Source of the DNA: Methylococcales bacterium
Lineage (GTDB): Bacteria > Pseudomonadota > Gammaproteobacteria > Methylococcales > Methylomonadaceae
NCBI GenBank assembly: GCA_040079795.1
Contig: JBEBJQ010000005.1
Location: 28,977 to 92,976, forward strand
Reading direction: 5' to 3'
DNA length: 64,000 nt
The notes beneath the pieces were generated by a model. That model worked only from the letters and a program-made list of their open reading frames with translations, was not told where the DNA came from and ran no database searches. Below, piece by piece: positions 10,205 to 17,552 of the stretch; within the stretch, counting starts at the first letter, position 1, and the number at the start of each line of letters is the position of its first letter. Position numbers and translations under genes: made by a program.

Positions 10205-11284
10205 ATGTCTACCCAGAAACACTACACCGGACTCATCAACCGTTACCGGGACCGTTTACCGGTCAGTGACAACACCCGCATTATTAGTTTGAATGAAGGT
10301 AATACTTTACTAATTGAACTGCAAAATATCCCGCGATTGATTGGCAAAGACGTAAAAATTTACGTCAAATTTGAAGGCTTAAACCCGACGGGTTCGTTTA
10401 AAGACCGGGGCATGACCATGGCGGTGACCAAAGCGGTAGAGCAGGGGAGTAAAGCCATTATTTGCGCTTCTACCGGCAATACATCCGCCTCAGCCGCAGC
10501 CTATGCTGCGCGCGCGGGCATTAAGGCGTTTGTGTTGATACCTGATGGTAAAATTGCCTTGGGTAAACTCGCGCAAACCTTGATGTACAACGCTACGATT
10601 ATTCAAATCAACGGCAATTTCGATCAAGGCATGACCTTGGTCAAAGAAATCGCTGACCACGCACCGGTAACTATTGTTAACTCTATCAACCCGTATCGCA
10701 TTGACGGCCAAAAAACTGCCGCGTTTGAGATTATCGACGATTTAGGTTTCGCACCGGATTATCACTGTTTACCGGTTGGTAATGCGGGCAACATAACCGC
10801 CTATTGGAAAGGGTATACTGAATATTACCAAAGCCGTGTGTGCGCAAATTTACCGATTATGTGCGGTTATCAAGCCGCTGGCGCCGCGCCGTTTTTAGCG
10901 GGTCATCCGATTGAAAACCCTGAAACCATAGCCACCGCCATCCGTATCGGCAATCCGCAGTCTTGGGATTACGCCTGGGCTGTGCAAAAAGAATCCGGCG
11001 GCTGGTTTGATAAATTTACGGATGAACAAATTTTAGCGGCACAGAAAATGCTCTCCAAACATGAAGGTATCTTTTGTGAACCGGCTTCTGCGGCTTCTTT
11101 GGCGGGGTTGCTAAATGATTTGAGTACTGGCAAAATCCCTGAAGGTAGCACCATAGTGTGCACTTTGACTGGCAACGGCATTAAAGACCCGGATGTGGCG
11201 ATTATGCAATGCGCGGATGCTAAACCGGTAACCATTGAAGCGAATTTGGATGCGGTGAAGCGGGCGATTTTGGATGTGTTGTAA
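10205..11284 (+). CDS. thrC: threonine synthase
   Basis: FEGLNPTGSFKDRGMT (PLP lysine), 359 aa, immediately after hom. Confidence 0.92.
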   Translation: MSTQKHYTGLINRYRDRLPVSDNTRIISLNEGNTLLIELQNIPRLIGKDVKIYVKFEGLNPTGSFKDRGMTMAVTKAVEQGSKAIICASTGNTSASAAAYAARAGIKAFVLIPDGKIALGKLAQTLMYNATIIQINGNFDQGMTLVKEIADHAPVTIVNSINPYRIDGQKTAAFEIIDDLGFAPDYHCLPVGNAGNITAYWKGYTEYYQSRVCANLPIMCGYQAAGAAPFLAGHPIENPETIATAIRIGNPQSWDYAWAVQKESGGWFDKFTDEQILAAQKMLSKHEGIFCEPASAASLAGLLNDLSTGKIPEGSTIVCTLTGNGIKDPDVAIMQCADAKPVTIEANLDAVKRAILDVL

Positions 11285-11385
11285 GATTTGATAGCCATCT
11301 TTTTGAGTACGATGGGTTGAGGCGATAACCGAAACCCATCATTGCCAATACTTGATTTAATAGTTTTCGCGTTTCCCTATCTTAC

Positions 11386-11962
11386 CTACACCACAGATTT
11401 ACGACGTTTCATACCGATTAAGCCTATCATGGTAGAACTGAATAGCCAAATAGCGCCAGGAACTGGAACTGCCGAAGGGGTTAAGGATAAATTATCAACA
11501 AGAAAATAATTACCTAAGCCCAAATGAAGCTCATCAATCGGCTGTGCCTGACCACTGATAAATTCGTATGCCCCTCCTCCTGGTAATAAAGAGGTGTTGA
11601 TTGACCAAACTTCAGTTCCGTTATTAAATCCTTTAATAGTTCCATGTAAAATGCTACCGGAAAGGCTTGCCCCTTTTGCCCACAATCCATCAAAAGTAAA
11701 ATCCGACAAGTCGGCGTTGTTGATTGTTCCTACACCACCCTGGTTATTAATAAGATTGAATGCACCACTGTATGCTTGATACGATGAAGTGCTCAGGTTA
11801 CTAATCCAATCTAATGTAGAAGAAAAATTAAATCCTTGGTAAGTGGGCATATCTCCATAGGGTTTATTTGGATTACTGATGACAGCCCCCGGGATATCTT
11901 CAAACGTTAATAGATTCGCTTGGGAAGTATTAGCCCAGAACAGAACAGAATGGTTTTTTCAT
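11386..11962 (-). pseudogene. PEP-CTERM sorting-domain protein, leader out of frame with the body
   Basis: The C-terminus VPVPGAIWLFSSTMIGLIGMKRRK is a PEP-CTERM-type anchor. The ATG at 11962 has a strong AGGAAGG RBS but reads MKKPFCSVLG-stop. The body frame is open from just after that ATG yet has no start until 11850. Confidence 0.7.
11936..11950 (-). repeat. (TTCTG)x3 pentanucleotide tandem repeat inside the signal-peptide coding region
   Basis: The plus strand reads cagaacagaacagaa. Four units would give MKKPFCSVLFWANTSQA-NLLTFEDIPG in frame with the body. An A6 tract sits immediately 5' of the repeat. Confidence 0.8.
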
Positions 11963-12176
11963 AAACCTTCCTAAAATAATAACGATTAATAGAAGTTATT
12001 AGCCTGCATACTAGCTTAAATCTAAAGGTAATTCACGAGGACATATGCAGGAAATTGCGTGACAACATGCTGTCGAAGTTGATCTTATCATACTAACTGA
12101 TATTGCTCACATAATCTCGAAATGCAAGCACAGTAAATACGCCATTCAAAATAAAGCCTATGTTGCCGTTTTTTTG

Positions 12177-12408
12177 TTATTTAGCAGCTACCGGAATTGC
12201 ATAAAAATAAGTGTTGTCGAAAGGCTTATTGTATTTCAGCATTCCGTGAATGGCATGGAGCAATTTTCGCATTACTGCGAAAACGCTCCCTAAAGGTTTC
12301 TCGCCGATGACCATTAATCAAACCAAATACGATGACGCTATTGAAACCCACATTACTCAGCGGCAGGTGTTGATACAAGCAGTGCAGAGCACCCAGGCAA
12401 ATGCTTTA
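12177..12408 (-). pseudogene. IS110-family (IS1111-like) transposase, C-terminal remnant with a frameshift
   Basis: The minus strand encodes ..LPLSNVGFNSVIVFGLING / GEKPLGSVFAVMRKLLHAIHGMLKYNKPFD-stop. The xMRKLLxxIxxMLK tail is typical of IS110/IS1111 transposases. The remnant is cut off at repeat copy A. Confidence 0.55.
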
Positions 12409-12409
12409 A

Positions 12410-12702
12410 AACCGGAGAGTCGCTCATTTTTGCTAAAGATTTTTTCGGGCATCCTGCTTGAAAAAATCTGCAAAAACTTAACGCGACGGTTTATTTTGCT
12501 GCGCAAGCCCCGATTCGTCCTGCGTCCGCCCGCTCCGACCCGGCAAGGGGATCGTCGCATAGCTCCCACAATGACTTGACGGCTATTCGGGAAGCCTCTG
12601 TATTTCGCCTGTGCTTACGCTTCGGCTCAACACCCGGCCCTGCGCCTATCGGGGACTAAAAATCTTCACTTCTCTACCGCTCCGCTTCCAAGATTTTCAG
12701 CG
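12410..12702 (-). repeat. 293-bp structured repeat, copy A (orientation given relative to copy D)
   Basis: Base-for-base identical, by eye, to 21967-22259. It contains hairpins at 12437-12469 (10-bp stem, 13-nt loop) and 12659-12697 (8-bp stem, 23-nt loop). Confidence 0.9.
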
Positions 12703-12740
12703 ACAGAACAGTAATGCTATTACTGTTGAAATACTCAAGC

Positions 12741-12980
12741 CTATTTTCTCTGCGAGTGTTTTGTTTTGGCGGTGATTTTTGCCGCCGGCGCCGATTGCTT
12801 CATCCGGTCAAAAAAATAGCCTATAAAGCCGAACATCACTACGGCAAACAGTACCCGGCTGATAATTAAGGCTTCAGCCAGCGGTATTTCTGAATCTGCG
12901 CCAGCCAGTGTTTTGAAGAAATCGACCACCCAGTTAATGCCGAGTGTAGGGTCAAAAATATTGATGAGTTGGTTGTTCAT
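12741..12980 (-). CDS. small hypothetical membrane protein
   Basis: 79-aa ORF with one clear hydrophobic helix (ALIISRVLFAVVMFGFIGYFF) and a basic tail. I recognise no family. Confidence 0.4.
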   Translation of the reverse strand: MNNQLINIFDPTLGINWVVDFFKTLAGADSEIPLAEALIISRVLFAVVMFGFIGYFFDRMKQSAPAAKITAKTKHSQRK

Positions 12981-13280
12981 GTTGGCATTCCTCTATCTAT
13001 GATAATGAAATTGAGCGTTTTTTACATTCTGCGCCGTTAGATATGCTTGCGCCTCTGGAGTTCATCACTTTTTTAATCTGGTCAGTTCAGATACTCTGTA
13101 AATGTAAAACAATCGCCTACTTTATACTGCGAATGCTTGTTAATTTCTGTGAAGTATTACCCATTAAAAGGCTATTTTTTAAGTTGGCTTCGACGCGTGG
13201 GCAGGCAGAGCGAGCAATGCTGGACTTAGGATATTGACGGCTTCAGATTAACAAACAATCATGCCAGTATTTTTATAGTG

Positions 13281-13309
13281 CTGACGGCTTAAAGTACTCA
13301 TGTTAGAAT
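13281..13309 (+). promoter_or_regulatory. candidate sigma-70 promoter for the TPR/oxygenase gene
   Basis: CTGACG, a 17-nt spacer, then TAGAAT, about 35 nt upstream of the ATG at 13343. Confidence 0.35.
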
Positions 13310-13342
13310 TTTTACCGAGACTTTCAACATAAGGTAAAGGCC

Positions 13343-14956
13343 ATGAAAATGCCGTTTAAGCAAGCCCCGCAACCGTACCCCGCCGAAATGCAGGCATTGC
13401 AGCAACTGTTTCAAAGCGGACAATACCCTCTGGCTGAAAGCAGAGCACAGGCATTATTAGTGCAATTCCCCAAATCGCTCGGGTTATATAATTTGCTTGG
13501 GCTCTGCCAACAGGCACAAGGCAAAAATCATGAAGCGATTGCCAGTTTCCGTAAGATGCTCGCGCTTGACCCGCGTATTGCGGAGATTCATTTTAACTTA
13601 GGGGTAATATTCGCAGCATCAGGAGAAATTCAAGAGGCTATCGCAAGTTACCGCAAAGCCCTGCAATTTAAGCCAAACTTTACCGTGGCGCACTTTAACC
13701 TTGGTATATTGCTACAGGCAGAGGGTCTATTGCCGGGAGCTGCCCTGCATTACCGCAAGGCGGTTGCGCTGGAGCCCGACTTTTTAGAGGCATTAGGCAA
13801 CTTGGGAATAGTGTTGCAGCAAAGTGGCCAGTTAGCGGAAGCGGAACAGTGTTATGGTCAAGCGCTGGCGCTACGTCCTGATGCACAGGGGTATTATAAC
13901 CTCGGCACGACCTTGTATGGTCAGGGCAAGCATGAAGAAGCTATTGTGGCGTTTCGTGAAGCCCTAAAGCTTGATCCGCAGTTTGCCGATGCCTGGAATG
14001 CGTTGGGTGAGACTTTACGTGATCGCGCCGATATGGATGAGGCGATCCGCTGTTATAAACAGGCGCTGGTGGTACAGCCCACGCATGGGCGCGCCAAGTA
14101 TAATCTGGGGGAGTTTTACTGTCTGGCGGATCGTTTGATGGATGCCATACCGTATTTTGAGGATTCCGATTTTGCGGATGCCCGGGAGCGCGCGTTGCAG
14201 TGTTATTACAAAACCCGGCAGTTTGAAGTTTTTAAACAAAAATTCGAGCAGCTTAGCGCACAGCGGCAGCATTCATCAGTGCTGCTGGGTACGTTATCTA
14301 CGCATTATGCAACTAATTTCGGCGATGAAAATCCCTACACTTTCTGTAAAGCCCCTATGGATTATGTGGTGCATACCTGTATTGATGAACTGGCGGAACC
14401 GGATAGCCCGTTTTTAACAGCGTTGTTAGAAGACATCCTGCAACTCGCCATCGCCGAAAGAAAGCAGGGACGTTTGTATTACGGCATGCAGTCGGCGGGT
14501 AATTTGTTGATGCGTTCTGAGCCATCCATCCAAAAACTCGCCGGGCTAATTCGCAATAAAGTTCTGGCCTATCAACAACATTTTTCTGCAAGCCGGGACG
14601 GACTGATTGTAAATTTCCCCACCGAGATTGAATTCACCAGCTCCTGGTATTTGCGTATGCACCAAGGCGGTTATTTGACCTCGCACATCCATGAAGAAGG
14701 CTGGATCAGCGGCTGTGTTTATCTCCGGCTACCAGAAAAACAAAACGCCCACGAGGGTAGTTTTGAATACAGTACCGACGGCGATGATTATCCCCGCTTG
14801 CATGAAAACTTCCCAACTCAAATTGTCGATCAACAGGTGGGGGATTTGGTGTTGTTTCCTTCTTCATTATTTCACCGCACGATTCCTTTTAATTCCGATC
14901 AAGAGCGGATTTGTGTGGCGTTTGATGTTAAGCCAGCAATAAATAGGTTGGGTTAA
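13343..14956 (+). CDS. TPR-repeat protein fused to a 2OG-Fe(II) oxygenase-like C-terminal domain
   Basis: At least 6 TPR units are recognisable (AIASFRKMLALDP, AIASYRKALQFKP, HYRKAVALEP, ...). The C-terminal region SWYLRMHQGGYLTSHIHEEGWISGCVYL...LVLFPSSLFHRT resembles the TIGR02466/2OG-FeII_Oxy_5 type. Confidence 0.7.
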   Translation: MKMPFKQAPQPYPAEMQALQQLFQSGQYPLAESRAQALLVQFPKSLGLYNLLGLCQQAQGKNHEAIASFRKMLALDPRIAEIHFNLGVIFAASGEIQEAIASYRKALQFKPNFTVAHFNLGILLQAEGLLPGAALHYRKAVALEPDFLEALGNLGIVLQQSGQLAEAEQCYGQALALRPDAQGYYNLGTTLYGQGKHEEAIVAFREALKLDPQFADAWNALGETLRDRADMDEAIRCYKQALVVQPTHGRAKYNLGEFYCLADRLMDAIPYFEDSDFADARERALQCYYKTRQFEVFKQKFEQLSAQRQHSSVLLGTLSTHYATNFGDENPYTFCKAPMDYVVHTCIDELAEPDSPFLTALLEDILQLAIAERKQGRLYYGMQSAGNLLMRSEPSIQKLAGLIRNKVLAYQQHFSASRDGLIVNFPTEIEFTSSWYLRMHQGGYLTSHIHEEGWISGCVYLRLPEKQNAHEGSFEYSTDGDDYPRLHENFPTQIVDQQVGDLVLFPSSLFHRTIPFNSDQERICVAFDVKPAINRLG

Positions 14957-15193
14957 TAGAAATAAACAACCTGTATTGCGCTATAACGAACCCTCAGAGC
15001 CTAGGTGTATTAACCTAATTGATGCCAAATGTAGTGTGTTTGGTAGTGGCTAATAATGCTCCACTTTAGCTTTTTACCCAATTCTCAATGTCTAAATTAG
15101 CCTGAGTTCGGGATAAGAAATCTTGGCAGTCTTTATGTAAAGCTGAAAAAATATGAACGACCAAGAGCATATTTTTCAAAAGGCTGCCAAGTG

Positions 15194-15256
15194 ATGATTT
15201 TAACGCGATTATTTTGTGATGTAGATGATTTTTGTCAGGCATTTATTCCGCCGTTG
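15194..15256 (+). pseudogene. N-terminal stub of an IS982-family-like transposase
   Basis: MILTRLFCDVDDFCQAFIPP carries the LFCxVDDFCxxF motif I associate with IS982-type transposases. It breaks off at repeat fragment C. Confidence 0.4.
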
Positions 15257-15522
15257 AAAATCTTCACTTCGCTGTCGCTACGTTTCCAAGATTTTCAGCG
15301 AATGACTATTTGGAGCGGGATGCGCCGATTGCGGATGAAAATTTGTTGCTGGTAATTCAGTCCTTGGCATCCTTGCACCGCGCCCAAGTGTTCGATGGCG
15401 TGGCATTGCTAAAGAAGTTCCCCAACCGCTTTGGCCCACATCATCAGGAAGATGTAGAGCGTATCTGGAGAAATTACACTTTGGTGCCAGATGAGTTAAA
15501 AGGTATTTTTTTACAGGCGTGA
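15232..15522 (+). CDS. hypothetical ORF, probably a gene fragment downstream of repeat fragment C
   Basis: The ORF's 5' part lies inside the repeat fragment, so only ~75 C-terminal codons (ERDAPIADENLLLVIQSLASLHRAQVF...) could be genuine. No family recognised. Confidence 0.25.
   Translation: MSGIYSAVENLHFAVATFPRFSANDYLERDAPIADENLLLVIQSLASLHRAQVFDGVALLKKFPNRFGPHHQEDVERIWRNYTLVPDELKGIFLQA
15257..15300 (-). repeat. structured repeat family, terminal-hairpin fragment (copy C)
   Basis: aaaatctt-23 nt-aagattttcagcg has the same stem and loop length as the hairpin at the 12659-12702 end of copy A. The loop is about 85% similar. Confidence 0.7.
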
Positions 15523-15582
15523 TCCCAGCGTGTCGCGGCTTATCCACTGTCGCAAGATCGAAAGTGTTATTTTTAAACCTGT

Positions 15583-15825
15583 TTACGCCTGCGTTGTCCT
15601 CAACAAACAATCTAACGTATCCACTAACTCACACCAATCCGAATCTTCTGCTTTGGCTTCATTCAGAAATACAGCCTGAGCTTCGTTCCAGAAACTGGCT
15701 TCAGGCAAGCTAACATCGCTGGGTAACGGTTTATATCTTTCAATAAAAGCCTTAATTTGTTGCTCTTCATCCGCTAAGCCTAATTGGCAAAATAAGCTTT
15801 GCAGTGTGTGACTTGAAGTATCCAT
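15583..15825 (-). CDS. DUF2789 family protein
   Basis: 80 aa; LFCQLGLADEEQQIKAFIERYKPLPSDVSLPEASFWNEAQAVFL matches my memory of DUF2789. Confidence 0.6.
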   Translation of the reverse strand: MDTSSHTLQSLFCQLGLADEEQQIKAFIERYKPLPSDVSLPEASFWNEAQAVFLNEAKAEDSDWCELVDTLDCLLRTTQA

Positions 15826-15842
15826 TTGAATTCCCGAGTTGA

Positions 15843-16478
15843 TTAAGAATTTTCAGCGCTGCTGAATGCGCTGGTTTTATCTTTTTCATCACGCACATTG
15901 CCAACAACCCCTGCGGTTGCAATAAAACGCAGTGCATCCTCAACCGACATGTCGATTTCTATGACATTTTTCCGGGGCATAATGACCGTGTTGCCACCTA
16001 CTTGATAGCTGAAGGGCAGAAATACTGCAACCTGGTCATCGGCGATAAACGGATGCGAACCTTCCTCAAAATCCGAAACGGTAATAAAGCCAATTTGCTG
16101 ACCCTGACCATGAAGCACATCAACCAATACCACTTTTTTAAATTTGCCTTTTTGTTCCCCGGAGAACAGCGAAATAAAATCACGGATGGCAGTATATAAG
16201 CTTTTAACCACGGGTATTTGGATCACCATTTCTTCAAAAATAGTGAATACGTTGAGGAAGGCGCGCAAGTTTAGAAAGTTTCCGAAAAAAAATACCACCG
16301 CAAGGCCTAATATAAAACCAGAACCTTTTATATACCAACTATCGGGTAGGAAAAATTTAAAGATATTGCCCAAGGCGAATTCTGCGGTGCCGGCAAGCCA
16401 GAGGAGCAGGTAAAGCGTGAGGGTGAGGGGGATAATGGCGATTAAACCTTTTAGGAAGGTTTTAGTAACGGGTGTCAT
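15843..16478 (-). CDS. DUF502 membrane protein
   Basis: 211 aa with two N-terminal TM helices followed by GFITVSDF...VFLPFSYQVGGNTVIMPRKNV, typical of DUF502. Confidence 0.65.
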   Translation of the reverse strand: MTPVTKTFLKGLIAIIPLTLTLYLLLWLAGTAEFALGNIFKFFLPDSWYIKGSGFILGLAVVFFFGNFLNLRAFLNVFTIFEEMVIQIPVVKSLYTAIRDFISLFSGEQKGKFKKVVLVDVLHGQGQQIGFITVSDFEEGSHPFIADDQVAVFLPFSYQVGGNTVIMPRKNVIEIDMSVEDALRFIATAGVVGNVRDEKDKTSAFSSAENS

Positions 16479-16521
16479 GTTTAGTATCCAATGTTAGTTA
16501 TTTGTGAGTCATGATGAGTGC

Positions 16522-16959
16522 TTATTTCAAAGTACTATTTTTAACGCGCGTTCCGAGTAAATAATCAAACCAAGGCCAAGTAACACACCAGTTTGCAGAG
16601 CTATCGCCACCGAGATGATGTTCGTAATGCCAGCGTAAGTGTTTTCGTGCCCAGCTGGGATTAAGGTGGGCTTTACGATGTTTATAGTAATAAAGCGCCA
16701 TAGAGAAATAGACTGCACAGATAAATGCGGGAAAGCTCATAAGCAGTGGCAAATGCAGACCTACAAGACCCGCTAGCAAAATCAACTCTTTGCTTTGGGC
16801 ATTCCAAGTGGTTAAGCGCAACCGTTTATAATTCATATCAAGCATATTATTTTTAATGCATTCTGCGTGGCGCTCATACCAATGATACGCCCAGAAACTG
16901 TCGCGATTTTTCCCTAATCCGTGCAGGAGATATTTGTGCATAAACCATTCCCCGGCATT
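16522..16959 (-). pseudogene. fatty-acid hydroxylase/sterol desaturase-superfamily gene, apparently 5'-truncated by repeat copy D
   Basis: Histidine boxes are present (HKYLLH, HRKAH, HYEHH). The frame is open upstream of the ATG at 16941 (..AGEWFMHKYLLHG) and runs straight into the repeat boundary at 16960 without the usual N-terminal TM region. Confidence 0.5.
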
Positions 16960-17245
16960 CGCTGAAAAACATGGAAACGGAGCGTGAGCGAAGTGATGTT
17001 TTTTAGTCCCCGGTAGGCGAAGGGAAATGCGCCAATCCGACGTGCGCGATAGCGCGCGAGGGAGGCAAGCATTTTATCCCGAAGAGCCGTAGAGTCATTG
17101 TGGTAGCCTTGACGTAGTAGGTGGCGAAGCGTAGTACGTAGTCGAGGCGGACGCAGGACGAAGCGGGGCTAGATTGATTCGCCGCGTGGCGAATCGATTT
17201 TTGTGACAGGGAGGTCCAAAAATCTTCTATGAGGCGCACTGTGGC
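16960..17245 (+). repeat. structured repeat family, diverged full-length copy D
   Basis: It is collinear with the reverse complement of copies A/B. Shared blocks are TTTTAGTCCCCGxTAGGCG, CCCGAAxAGCCGTxxAGTCATTGTGGxAGC and GGCGGACGCAGGACGAAxCGGGGCT. Hairpins at 16965-17003 and 17196-17224 keep their loop lengths with compensatory stem changes. The right boundary is approximate. Confidence 0.8.
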
Positions 17246-17552
17246 GCGCAGAATTATTGAGATAGAGAGATTATCTCATAATCTTGTGACGACAGTATCT
17301 GATCTGACAGACACACTGCATCTTTGCCGGAAAGGCGAGTTTTTACGTTAGTTGAATCATCTGGCTAATCAGGACTTTTTACAGGATTGATTTGCAAGCA
17401 GTTGTCCTTAATTACCCAGAAAGCTAGCCTTGATCTCATATAAACAAATCAGTTGTTTTAGTGTGCATTGCAAACAATTCAGCCGAAGTTAAGCTTGGAA
17501 CAGGATAATCCAAAGCTACCGTTAGTTTGTTTATTTTTTATAGGGAACAGTT

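Noticed and set aside
12250-12579. ORFs of 64-109 aa predicted inside and across the 293-bp repeats (12250-12579 +, 12357-12569 -, 21932-22126 -)
   Set aside because: The Arg-rich 'protein' is not preserved in diverged copy D, where the only ORF is on the other strand. The ORFs also run across the repeat boundary into unrelated flanks. The repeat behaves as a non-coding structure.
16998-17012. GTTTTTTAGTCCCC / GATTTTTAGTCCCC in the repeat family resembles the 5' end of some type II CRISPR repeats
   Set aside because: There is no array of regularly spaced repeats, no spacers and no cas genes anywhere in the window. The similarity covers only ~11 nt.
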